The position numbers and the translations under genes were made by a program. Source: Deltaproteobacteria bacterium RBG_16_49_23 (GTDB lineage: Bacteria > Desulfobacterota > BSN033 > UBA1163). Taken from it: a stretch of DNA of 64,000 nucleotides. The notes beneath the pieces were generated by a model. That model made no database searches, had not been told where the DNA came from, and worked only from the letters and a program-made list of their open reading frames with translations. Positions within the stretch are counted from its first letter, which is position 1. Each line of letters starts with the position of its first letter. The stretch is taken from NCBI GenBank assembly GCA_001798855.1, contig MGQQ01000104.1, positions 1,093 to 65,092 of the forward strand. Direction: 5' to 3'. Of the stretch, positions 48,049-56,854 are shown one piece after another.

Positions 48049-50637
48049 ATGAAGGTTAGTCTCAACTGGCTCAGGGATTACGTGGACATCCGGATGGGGG
48101 TTCACCCCGTTAGAAATTCCAACGGGGCATTACCCCCCCCCGGAATTATTCTAAAATCTAACCCCGCTACAGCCGCCGGCCCAGGCTCCGCCCCAGAGGG
48201 AGGGCCTCCCTCCGGGGCAGAAGCCCTTCCGGGGCGGAGCCTGGCCCGGAGGGAGCAGCGGGACATTATTTCTAACGGGGTGAAGGAGTTAATCAACCTT
48301 CTGACCATGGGAGGGTTAGAGGTTGAAGCGGCCACACCAACAGGCCAGGGATTTGAGAAGATCGTTGTGGCTGAGATTGAATCCATCCGGAGGCACCCCA
48401 GTGCGGACCGTCTTTCCCTGGTCGAGGCGAAAACCTCCGGAGAGAAATTTTCGATCGTCTGCGGCGCCACGAATATCCGTGAAGGGCAGAGAGTTCCGCT
48501 GGCCCTGGTCGGAACGAAACTCCCCGGCGGCCTTGAGATCAAGAGGTCGAAGATCAGAGGGGAGGTTTCCGAGGGAATGCTCTGTTCGGAGATCGAGCTG
48601 GGTTTGGGTCAGGATGCCACCGGGATCATGATCCTCGACCGCGACGCCCCCCTGGGCGTGAGCGTGGGGGAGACCCTCGGATTGACGGATACGATTCTCG
48701 ATATCAGCATCACACCCAATCGTCCGGATTGCCTCTGTGTGATCGGAGTGGCAAGAGAGATTGCGGCTCTTACACATCAGAAGATGAAGTATCCGGGCCT
48801 GTCGCTTTCCGACACGGGAAAAGAGATTCACCAAAAAACGTCCGTGACCCTTCTGGACCCGGACCTCTGTCCCCGATATGTGGCGCGCATGATCGAAGGG
48901 GTGAAGATCGGCCCCTCTCCGCACTGGATCCGAAACCGGCTGGAGAAGGCAGGCATTCGCTCCATCAATCAAGTCGTCGATGTGACCAACTATGTGATGA
49001 TGGAGTATGGCCAGCCCCTCCACGCTTTCGATTTTGAACTGCTGGAGGAGGGGAGAATTGAGGTCCGGAGAGCCCGGAAGGACGAGGGGTTTACCACACT
49101 GGACGGAGTCAAGAGAGTCCTTGATGAAGAGATGCTCATGATCTGCGATGGAGTTAAACCGGTGGCCATTGCCGGTGTGATGGGAGGGCTCAACTCGGAG
49201 ATCAGGGCCGAGACCCGGACCGTCCTTCTGGAGAGCGCCTACTTCCATCCGATGAATAATCGAAGGACTTCTAAAAGGCTCGGTTTTGAGACAGAAGCCT
49301 CCTACCGGTTCGGAAGGGGGATTGATTACGGAGGATGTCTGAATGCGGCCAACCGCGCAGCCTCATTGATTGCCGAACTGGCGGGAGGCAAGGTCGTTGA
49401 AGGCGTGGTGGATGCTTATCCGAATCCCATCCGGCCCAATCCGATCCGTTTGAGCATCCTCAACGCCAATCGGATCCTGGGGACAGAGATCCCGGCCCAA
49501 CAGGTCAGGGTTTATCTGGAGGATCTGGAACTGGATGTCCGTGTAGAGGATGAAGCGACCCTGAGCGTAACCCCCCCTTCCTTTCGTGGCGATATCGAGA
49601 GGGAGATCGATCTGATTGAGGAGGTGGCGCGCATGGATGGATATGAGAAGATCCCGCTCACTCTTCCGAAGGGGCCTCCTTCTCCCGAAGAGATGAGCCG
49701 GGAGTTGATCCTTGAGCAGAAGGCAAAAGATCACCTCATCCAGCATGGTTACAACGAGGTGATCACTTATAGCTTTACGGCCCCCCGCTCTTTGAATGGG
49801 CTCGGCCTCTCTCCGGACGATCCGAGGGGGAAGTTCCTTCCCATCCTGAACCCTCTGACAGAGGATTCTTCCGTGATGAGAACCTCATTGATACCGGGCT
49901 TGATGGAGACCGTCCGGTATAATATCTCTTATAAGAATGTCAACCTCAGAATCTTCGAGTTGAAAAGGGTCTATCTGACCGCTGAAGGGGAACGACTTCC
50001 AAGAGAGGTTAAATATCTGACAGGCCTGGCCATGGGAATGGAAGGGGATCCCCATTGGGCCTCTTTAACCAGGCCGGTCGATTTTTACGATGTCAAGGGT
50101 TGCATCGAGGATCTCTTCGAAGGGTTGCAGGTCAAAGGGGTAAAGTTTGACAGGGCTGAGGATGTTCCCTATCTTCATCCCGGAAAGGCATCGAAGGTCC
50201 TTCTCGGAAAAGAGGTTCTGGGCGTTCTGGGCGAAGTCCATCCCCATGTATTGGCCCATCATGAGATTCACGGGAAGGTCTATCTCTTCGAGATCGATTT
50301 CGGCCGGATGGTGAACTATGCCGTAGAGGAAAGGAGATTCCGGCCCTTGCCGAAATTTCCCGCAGTCCACCGGGACCTCTCCATCGTGGTTGAGGATCAT
50401 CTTGAAGCGGAAAAAGTGGAAGAGGCCATCCGGATGCTTCCGCAGCCTTTTATCGACGAAGTCAATCTCTTCGATGTCTATCAGGGGGCGCCTGTTCCTC
50501 AAGGGAAGAAGAGCCTCTCCTATCGCATCCGGTATCAAGCCAATGACCGGACCCTGACAGACGATGAAGTGAACCAATATCACGAGAAGGTCATCTCCCG
50601 GTTGAGGGAAATCTTTAAGGCCGAATTGAGAGGATAA
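48049..50637 (+). CDS. pheT: Phenylalanine--tRNA ligase beta subunit, with an in-frame ~60-aa insertion near the N-terminus
   Basis: MKVSLNWLRDYVDI ... LTMGGLEVE N-terminus and B3/4 and B5 domains. C-terminal FDVYQG ... anticodon-binding-like domain. 862 aa. Confidence 0.9.
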   Translation: MKVSLNWLRDYVDIRMGVHPVRNSNGALPPPGIILKSNPATAAGPGSAPEGGPPSGAEALPGRSLARREQRDIISNGVKELINLLTMGGLEVEAATPTGQGFEKIVVAEIESIRRHPSADRLSLVEAKTSGEKFSIVCGATNIREGQRVPLALVGTKLPGGLEIKRSKIRGEVSEGMLCSEIELGLGQDATGIMILDRDAPLGVSVGETLGLTDTILDISITPNRPDCLCVIGVAREIAALTHQKMKYPGLSLSDTGKEIHQKTSVTLLDPDLCPRYVARMIEGVKIGPSPHWIRNRLEKAGIRSINQVVDVTNYVMMEYGQPLHAFDFELLEEGRIEVRRARKDEGFTTLDGVKRVLDEEMLMICDGVKPVAIAGVMGGLNSEIRAETRTVLLESAYFHPMNNRRTSKRLGFETEASYRFGRGIDYGGCLNAANRAASLIAELAGGKVVEGVVDAYPNPIRPNPIRLSILNANRILGTEIPAQQVRVYLEDLELDVRVEDEATLSVTPPSFRGDIEREIDLIEEVARMDGYEKIPLTLPKGPPSPEEMSRELILEQKAKDHLIQHGYNEVITYSFTAPRSLNGLGLSPDDPRGKFLPILNPLTEDSSVMRTSLIPGLMETVRYNISYKNVNLRIFELKRVYLTAEGERLPREVKYLTGLAMGMEGDPHWASLTRPVDFYDVKGCIEDLFEGLQVKGVKFDRAEDVPYLHPGKASKVLLGKEVLGVLGEVHPHVLAHHEIHGKVYLFEIDFGRMVNYAVEERRFRPLPKFPAVHRDLSIVVEDHLEAEKVEEAIRMLPQPFIDEVNLFDVYQGAPVPQGKKSLSYRIRYQANDRTLTDDEVNQYHEKVISRLREIFKAELRG
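48105..48280. mobile_element. Family C repeat element inserted in-frame inside pheT
   Basis: Bounded by ccccgttagaaa / tttctaacgggg, identical to the termini of the intergenic copies at 37738 and 42898. Contains a long internal inverted repeat gcccaggctccgcccc...ggggcggagcctggcc. It encodes a Pro/Gly/Ala-rich segment absent from canonical PheT N-termini. Confidence 0.65.
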
Positions 50638-50645
50638 ACCCCATT

Positions 50646-50752
50646 TTCTATTCGTTAGATGTAAGGCGTTAGGGGTAAGGAGTTCAAACCCCTTGCGACC
50701 TGCGCCTGACGCTCTAACGTTTTTTCGGATTTCGGGCTTCGGATTTAGACTC
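50646..50752. repeat. Repeat family E, copy 2 (inverted), downstream of pheT
   Basis: ttctattcgttagatgtaaggcgttaggggtaaggagttcaaaccccttgcgacctgcgcctgacgctc then ttcggatttcgggcttcggatttagactc. Confidence 0.75.
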
Positions 50753-50788
50753 AAGCATGAAGGCTTCGGAGAAAGGAGGATGAGGGCC

Positions 50789-51082
50789 ATGACGAAGGTT
50801 GATATTGTGGAGGCCATTTACGAGAAGGTCGGGTTTTCTAAGAAAGAGGTGGCCAAGATTGTGGAGTCCATCTTCGATATCATCAAGGAGCATCTCCAGC
50901 GCGATGACAAGATCAAGATCTCGGGTTTTGGGAATTTTGTCATCCGGAACAAGAGGTCGAGGCGGGGCCGCAACCCCCAGACCGGGGATGACATCGAAAT
51001 CACTCCGAGACGGATTTTAACCTTTAAACCGAGTCAGGTGTTGAAGGCCGGCCTCAACCGAAAAGAGACACCGGCGGAATAG
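50789..51082 (+). CDS. ihfA: Integration host factor alpha subunit (HU/IHF family)
   Basis: MTKVDIVEAIYEKVGFSKKEVAKIVE...GFGNFVIRNKRSRRGRNPQTGDDIEI. It follows pheT, the conserved position for ihfA. RBS aaggagg lies upstream. Confidence 0.8.
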   Translation: MTKVDIVEAIYEKVGFSKKEVAKIVESIFDIIKEHLQRDDKIKISGFGNFVIRNKRSRRGRNPQTGDDIEITPRRILTFKPSQVLKAGLNRKETPAE

Positions 51083-51099
51083 AGTGCTCCCCTGAATGA

Positions 51100-51127
51100 G
51101 TAGGGAACGCATATATGCGTTCCCTAC
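51100..51127. promoter_or_regulatory. Perfect 28-bp palindrome
   Basis: gtagggaacgcatatatgcgttccctac. No T-run follows it. Located between ihfA and the merR-family gene. Confidence 0.3.
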
Positions 51128-51232
51128 CGACGTGTTCAAACGGAGGGAGTGCTCAGGAATGGGGCTTCAAATGGTCCGGAGTGAACCGGCGCCCATGAGC
51201 CACTCTTTGTTCATTTCCATCCCTGTGGGGGG

Positions 51233-51661
51233 ATGGCGAGGTTGGCAGTGCGAGGTGATAAGACTGTGACCAGATTACTGAGGAAGCAAGAAGAGGAATA
51301 TCCCATCTCCCAGGAGAGGCTCTATTACCGGATTGGAGAGGTGAGCCGAATCACGGGGATCAAGCCGCATGTGCTCCGCTACTGGGAGTCGGAGTTCAGA
51401 GTGATCAAACCCCATAAAGGAGGGTCCCTCCAGCGCCTCTACCGGAGAAAGGATCTGGACCTCATCCTGAAAATCAGAAAACTCCTCTATGAAGAAGGAT
51501 TCACCATCTCCGGAGCGAAAAAGAAGATCAGAGACCTCGAGCGCGCAGAGAACAACAGGGTAAAGCTGAGGTTGGTTGAGAAGAGATCGGGCGGCAAAGA
51601 TCACGACCTGCTGCTGGCGGTCCGGGAAGAACTGAGAGGGATTCGAGGATTGCTGGAGTAG
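51233..51661 (+). CDS. MerR-family transcriptional regulator
   Basis: YRIGEVSRITGIKPHVLRYWESEF helix-turn-helix typical of the MerR family. Confidence 0.8.
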   Translation: MARLAVRGDKTVTRLLRKQEEEYPISQERLYYRIGEVSRITGIKPHVLRYWESEFRVIKPHKGGSLQRLYRRKDLDLILKIRKLLYEEGFTISGAKKKIRDLERAENNRVKLRLVEKRSGGKDHDLLLAVREELRGIRGLLE

Positions 51662-51680
51662 ACACCATAAACCGATTTGT

Positions 51681-51728
51681 AAAATCCCTCATGACCTCCC
51701 TTTTTCTAAGGGAGGGGGGAGATTTTCC
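51681..51728. repeat. Repeat family A element, short copy of the 18607 element
   Basis: aaaatccctcatgacctccctttttctaagggaggggggagattttcc, followed by caatgattatgtcagtttaattc as at 18679. Confidence 0.7.
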
Positions 51729-51747
51729 AATGATTATGTCAGTTTAA

Positions 51748-51930
51748 TTCTATCCAAAGATATTTGAAATTTCCCAATAATCCCCTCCCCCTTCGACGGG
51801 GGAGGGTTAGGGTGGGGGTGGACAAAATAGAGACCATTGGGTCCCCCCTTCCCTTCATCCCCTCCCGCCGAGGGGAGGGGAGATTTTTGGGAAACATTTC
51901 AGAGAAAGTTAGAGATAAATTCTCAGACTT
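51748..51930. repeat. ~170-bp repeat, copy 2 (family J), upstream of the ybjQ-like gene
   Basis: agatatttgaaatttcccaataatcccctcccccttcgacgggggagggttagggtggggg...ggggaggggagatttttggg...ttagagataaattctcag. Confidence 0.7.
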
Positions 51931-51990
51931 TCTGGTGTAAGTATTAAGACTGCTAATCATTTCCGGGCGGATCAGGAAGAGAAGGAATTT

Positions 51991-52470
51991 ATGAACTGGG
52001 TTGTCAGTTGTACGGCTTGTGGTAGTTCTTATGTCCATGAGTCGGGCCAAAGCCTCCCTGATATGTGTCCCGCCTGCACGGAGAAGAGGAAGAAAGAGGT
52101 AAAAAAATTTCTGGAGAAGGAGCAGAAGCGGAAAGAGATCATAACGGTTCATGCCTCCGATTTTGCCAATCGAAAAATTGTGAGAACACTGGGCATAGTG
52201 ACTCATGAACATATTTTTGGAGTTGGCTTGGTTCAAGATCTGGATTTGAAGAGGTTTAACGGAGGCGTGTCCATCTCCTGGGAGGAGAAGGTAAGGGGCG
52301 GAAGAGACCTCTGTATCCGGTCGATTGAAGATGAGGCGATTGAGATGGGGGGAAATGGAGTGATCGGAGTGGATGTGATCTACCAGGTTCTCAGTACGCA
52401 TAATGATATGGTGATGTGGCTGGTGGCAGCCAGAGGGACTGCCGTGATTATCGATGAAAGAGGTTTCTGA
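51991..52470 (+). CDS. YbjQ/DUF74-family protein with N-terminal Cys4 zinc ribbon
   Basis: CTACGS...CPAC ribbon. The C-terminal NGVIGVDVIYQ...AARGTAV region is typical of the YbjQ heavy-metal-binding-like domain. Confidence 0.55.
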   Translation: MNWVVSCTACGSSYVHESGQSLPDMCPACTEKRKKEVKKFLEKEQKRKEIITVHASDFANRKIVRTLGIVTHEHIFGVGLVQDLDLKRFNGGVSISWEEKVRGGRDLCIRSIEDEAIEMGGNGVIGVDVIYQVLSTHNDMVMWLVAARGTAVIIDERGF

Positions 52471-52700
52471 AATCCTTCCTGAGGGAAGAATTTCCCCTCT
52501 TTAGCCGCCGGCCCGTGGGGCCTCTCTCCGAGCCATGAGGCTCTCTGAGCCGGTGGCTGACCCGGAGGGCAAGGAGGGGATAGGGGAGATTTTTATAATA
52601 TACGTAGCGCCCTCATTTACCTGCCTGCACGAAGCCCGCCTCCAGAAGCCTTGCGGAGGGCAGGCGTTTCGGCGAAGGCAGGTTGAGGGCGGAATCCGTT
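52470..52700. repeat. Repeat family A composite element
   Basis: cccctctttagccgccggcccgtggggcctctc...cccggagggcaaggagggga...cctgcctgcacgaagcccgcctccagaagccttgcggagggcaggcgtttcggcgaaggcagg. Confidence 0.7.
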
Positions 52701-52744
52701 CCGCTCAATTTCAGTCTGGACATTTATGATGAAATTGAATATAC

Positions 52745-52840
52745 TAAAAACATGTTGGAATAATGGAATTATGGAATGATGGATGGATGGGATGAAAACC
52801 CAATATTCCAGTATTCCATTCTTCCACCATTCCAGCTTTT
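52745..52840. repeat. Repeat family B copy, immediately 5' of tRNA-Pro
   Basis: ttggaataatggaattatggaatgatgg ... caatattccagtattccattcttccaccattccag. Confidence 0.7.
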
Positions 52841-52843
52841 TAT

Positions 52844-52921
<78 letters not shown>

Positions 52922-53245
52922 TTTTTTTAAATTCCTTCCTTAATTAAAATCTAAATTGAGCGATTCTTTTTGAAATACCCTGTAGCCGCAGGCTTCAGCC
53001 TGCGTTTTCAAATCACCCATCGGGTGATTTGTAGGGCAAGACTTCAGCCTGAGAAAGCGTTTCGTGTCCACTATTGACACCGGGGGTCAACTTGAAATGA
53101 GAAAGAACCGAAAATGATATGCGATAGGGCGGCATGGATAGAGTGCCACTCTGTTAAGATGATAGGGAAACCGGTGGAGGTTGTTGCCGGGTATTCCCAA
53201 TCAAAAGAGGGGTGAGCTTATTAGCCTCACTCATCGGAGATTTAA

Positions 53246-53608
53246 ATGGGGATGACTCTGCTTAAAAATGAAAAGGATGCCCTTACAGACCTCAAGGAAG
53301 AGATATCAAAGAAATATAAATTGCTCTGGATGAAACTTATTGGCTCTAAAGCAAGAGGAGACTTTGATGAAGAATCAGATATTGATATTGTAATTGCCCT
53401 TGAAAATACTGACTGGGATATTGAAAGGGATATATTCGAAACATGTTTTTATTTAGGTTTAAAATACGACATCGTTATTTCACCAATCATTTATTCTGAG
53501 AAAGATATCAATGATACATTCACTCTAATAACCCCATTTTACAGAACAGTTGAGTCAGAGGGCATCCTGATATCAAGCCCAAATCCCGATTTAGAAATTT
53601 CAAAATAG
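53246..53608 (+). CDS. Nucleotidyltransferase-domain protein (MNT-type), orphan
   Basis: GSKARGDFDEESDIDIVI motif. No HEPN partner gene downstream. AT-richer than the core genes. Confidence 0.65.
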   Translation: MGMTLLKNEKDALTDLKEEISKKYKLLWMKLIGSKARGDFDEESDIDIVIALENTDWDIERDIFETCFYLGLKYDIVISPIIYSEKDINDTFTLITPFYRTVESEGILISSPNPDLEISK

Positions 53609-53609
53609 T

Positions 53610-53722
53610 TCCCTCTCCCTTGACGGGAGAGGGTTAGGGTGAGGGTGAGGGTGAGGGTGAATAGTTCACCTTTAAGGTTACCCCTCCCCCTCGCCCCCTC
53701 CCGCAAGGGGAGGGGGATTTAC
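53610..53722. repeat. Repeat family A element with (gtgaggg)n run
   Basis: ccctctcccttgacgggagagggttagggtgagggtgagggtgagggtgaa...cccctccccctcgccccctcccgcaaggggagggggattt. Confidence 0.7.
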
Positions 53723-53803
53723 CTGAAAAACAATTTTCTACCTCTGTTTTAGGGTGAAGGAAGAGATCAAGGCGCTCATTGAATATAGGCTTCAAGAATT
53801 TAA

Positions 53804-53960
53804 CTTGGAGCAGGTTTTCATCCTGACCTTACGGGCAGGGAGAATATCCTTATAAATGGTGTTCTTCTTGGTCTTACAAAAGATGAAATCTTAGAGAAAA
53901 TGGAAGAGATTATAGCCTTTTCTGAGGTAGCGGCCATTTGCCTCGATCGCCATGACCCCC
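53804..53960 (+). pseudogene. Remnant of a Wzt/TagH-type ABC ATPase gene. Only the central segment survives.
   Basis: The open frame from 53804 reads LGAGFHPDLTGRENILINGVLLGLTKDEILEKMEEIIAFSE, matching the GFHPELTGRENI region of TagH/Wzt and the paralog at 56855. Walker A upstream and the signature and Walker B motifs downstream are absent. Confidence 0.6.
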
Positions 53961-54222
53961 CGCCTTTAATATCTCGGTTCAAATCTCTTTCCTGTAATTG
54001 TTTTGCAAATTATTTATTGACTTCTATGAACAGTTTGGCTATGAATAATGACAATCATTGGGAAATACACGGGGGGGGCATCCAAATCACCATGATCTAC
54101 CCCGGAAAAGGGGAGGGGTTTGATCATACTCCAACCTTTTAAATTGATTTTGAAGAGAAAAATAGTAATTAAAAATTATTAGGGACTCTATTTACTATCA
54201 GCTCCAATAACCTGAAATAAGT

Positions 54223-55185
54223 ATGGTTTCTATCATTATTCCAAACTGGAACGGCAAAAAGTTTCTAACAAAATGCCTTGAATCCCTCAGACTTCAAACC
54301 TATCGAGACCTTGAAGTTATTCTTGTTGACAACGCTTCTACGGATCGATCCATTGAATTCGTGAAAGCATCTTTTCCCGAAGTCAAGATTGTTCAGCTTG
54401 AGATGAACAGGGGATTCTCCGGAGCTGCGAATGAAGGGATCAGGGCCGCGAAGGGCGAATTCATTGCGTTATTGAACAATGATGCCATAGCGGATCCGCA
54501 TTGGATTGAAGAACTGGTAAAGGGAATGAGCTCATCGATGCAAATCGGCTTCTGCGCACCCAAAATCCTTCGGCTCTCAAACGGGGCCAATGTTGACACA
54601 GCAGGAGATAGTTATACCCGGTACGGAGTTGCCATCAAAAGAGGAAAAAATGGCAACAGGAACATATATCCCCAACGGCAATTTGTATTCGGCGCAAGCG
54701 CTGCGGCTGCCCTTTATCGGAAATCGATGCTGGATGAGATTGGCTATTTTGACGAGGACCTCTTTTGTATTTACGAGGACGTGGACTTAAGTTTCAGAGC
54801 GCAGTTGGCAGGGTTCCAATGTCTCTATGTTCCAACTGCTGTTGTTTATCATCTCGTTGGAGGGACTGCGGGGACAAATAATGAGTTCACTCTCTATTAC
54901 GGGCAGAGGAACCTCGAGTCTGTTTTCTTTAAAAATATGCCTCTGGAACTCCTGATTCAGTATCTTCCCCTTCACCTGGGGTACAACTGTTTAGCCTTTA
55001 TACACCATATCTTCAAGAAGAATGGGAAGGTATTTCTCCAGTCAAAGATCGATGCCCTGAAACAGATAGGATCCACCTTTCAAAAAAGAAAGACCGTTCA
55101 AGGGAAGAAGAGAGTTTCATCTCTCTATTTGAGAACGCTCTTTGACAAACGATCTCTCCTCCAACACAGGGTGAAGGCTGGTTAA
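54223..55185 (+). CDS. Family 2 glycosyltransferase
   Basis: VSIIIPNWNGKKFL...VILVDNASTD...LLNNDA (DxD region). Confidence 0.85.
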   Translation: MVSIIIPNWNGKKFLTKCLESLRLQTYRDLEVILVDNASTDRSIEFVKASFPEVKIVQLEMNRGFSGAANEGIRAAKGEFIALLNNDAIADPHWIEELVKGMSSSMQIGFCAPKILRLSNGANVDTAGDSYTRYGVAIKRGKNGNRNIYPQRQFVFGASAAAALYRKSMLDEIGYFDEDLFCIYEDVDLSFRAQLAGFQCLYVPTAVVYHLVGGTAGTNNEFTLYYGQRNLESVFFKNMPLELLIQYLPLHLGYNCLAFIHHIFKKNGKVFLQSKIDALKQIGSTFQKRKTVQGKKRVSSLYLRTLFDKRSLLQHRVKAG

Positions 55186-55188
55186 CCG

Positions 55189-55956
55189 ATGGATTTTTCT
55201 GTTATCATTGTCACACACAACTCTGAGAAATATATTTTGGACTGTTTGAACTCAATAGCCAAGTCCGCTTATGAACTCAAACATGAAATTTTTGTCATTG
55301 ATAACAATTCGAGAGATCGAACAAAATACCTTGTCAAACAATCCGAGCACGACCTCACTCTCATTGAAAACCCCGAAAACCTTGGATTTGCAAAAGCTGT
55401 AAATATGGGCTTGAAGAAGAGCTCCGGAGAATTTCGGCTCCTTATCAATCCTGATGTCACCCTTAAATCGGATTCTCTTGCTCCCATCATCGATTTCATG
55501 AGAAATAATCCAAAGATAGGGATATGCGGGTGCAAACTTCTAAATGGCGACGGGTCCCTTCAGTATTCGAAAGGGTCTTTTCCAACTCTTTTCTCAACAT
55601 TTTACAGAATGGTTCTTCCCCGAAAAATGAGGAAATATCATCTGTGGGGATATAAAAAAGCTGGGAGGTGCGATTGGGTCACAGGGGCCTTCATGCTTCT
55701 TCGGGATCGCGTCATAGAGGATGTAGGTTATCTGGACGAAAGGTACTTCATCTATTACGAGGACGTGGATTATTGTTTCCGGACCAAGAAGGCGGGATGG
55801 CATACCTATTATTCTCCTGAGATCAGCGCTTTTCACCTGAGTCCTCATGCATTGTCAGGAAAGGGAATTGAAATAGAGAACCGCATTCGGGAAAGCCGCC
55901 TCCGTTATTTCAAGAAGCACGCATTTTTCCCTTCGTACCGAAAAGCACAAAACTGA
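55189..55956 (+). CDS. Family 2 glycosyltransferase
   Basis: FSVIIVTHNSEKYI...FVIDNNSRD...LINPDV. Confidence 0.85.
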   Translation: MDFSVIIVTHNSEKYILDCLNSIAKSAYELKHEIFVIDNNSRDRTKYLVKQSEHDLTLIENPENLGFAKAVNMGLKKSSGEFRLLINPDVTLKSDSLAPIIDFMRNNPKIGICGCKLLNGDGSLQYSKGSFPTLFSTFYRMVLPRKMRKYHLWGYKKAGRCDWVTGAFMLLRDRVIEDVGYLDERYFIYYEDVDYCFRTKKAGWHTYYSPEISAFHLSPHALSGKGIEIENRIRESRLRYFKKHAFFPSYRKAQN

Positions 55957-56032
55957 GAGAGGTGTTGGGTCGACTCTAAAAAAAATCCCAATGAGAATTG
56001 GCAAACGAACCTTCTCTGGAAAGATTTAAAGG

Positions 56033-56836
56033 ATGGAACAGACGACCAATAGAAAGGTATTCGAGGAAGTCATTCAGGCGGCCCGTTTGTGGCCCATCTG
56101 GTTAAGGATCGGACTTCAGGATATCCGGATGAGGTATCGTCGATCAGCAGTGGGCGTTGGATGGATTTTCATCAATCTTGCAATTATGATTATTGCAGTG
56201 GGCATCGTGTATGGTAACTTGCTTGGTCAGGAATTAAAAGAATTCTTACCTTTTTTGACTATAGGTCTCATTTCATGGGGATACATAACTTCCTCCATCG
56301 TCGAGGGAGGGAATGCCTTTGTCATATCGGAAGGATATATCAAACAGATTGGCCTTCCAATCTATATATATATTTTTCGATTCCTTGTAAGCATTACTAT
56401 AACGATGCTTATAAGCCTTCCTGCATACTTAGTCATCGCATTCATTTATTCAGTACAGTTCGGATTGGGAACCCTGTGGGCACTCCTGGGATTTGTTTTG
56501 TTAAGCATCGTTTCCTTCTTGATGATTGCGATTTTTTCTCATCTCAACGCCCGATTCAGAGATGCTTCGCATATTGCTTCTGTATGCTTACAGGTAATGT
56601 TCTTCATTACTCCCATTATCTGGCCGCCGGAAGTCTTGCGCAAACGGGGTATCGACTGGATCATCGATTTCAACCCGTTCTATCATCTCCTGGAGATCGT
56701 TAGGCGCCCATTGACGATGTCTGAGCCCGCGACATTCATCAATTATATCGCAGTCGCTATTTTCATTATCCTGTTATCGATGATTGCATGGATGTTTACT
56801 AAACGATTGAGCCAGCGGATAGCTTTTTTGCTTTAA
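56033..56836 (+). CDS. ABC-2 type polysaccharide exporter permease (Wzm/TagG-like)
   Basis: Six predicted TM helices and an ABC-2 family layout. Sits directly upstream of the ATPase gene. Confidence 0.8.
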   Translation: MEQTTNRKVFEEVIQAARLWPIWLRIGLQDIRMRYRRSAVGVGWIFINLAIMIIAVGIVYGNLLGQELKEFLPFLTIGLISWGYITSSIVEGGNAFVISEGYIKQIGLPIYIYIFRFLVSITITMLISLPAYLVIAFIYSVQFGLGTLWALLGFVLLSIVSFLMIAIFSHLNARFRDASHIASVCLQVMFFITPIIWPPEVLRKRGIDWIIDFNPFYHLLEIVRRPLTMSEPATFINYIAVAIFIILLSMIAWMFTKRLSQRIAFLL

Positions 56837-56854
56837 TGAGAAGGGATTCCAGAA

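Noticed and set aside
48316-49248. 310-aa minus-strand ORF overlapping pheT. Similar antisense ORFs occur at 50065-50817, 44139-44744, 21921-22643, 15160-15879 and 33493-34221.
   Set aside because: They are antisense to well-supported genes (pheT, thrS, secD, the FAD oxidase, pcm) with no motifs of their own.
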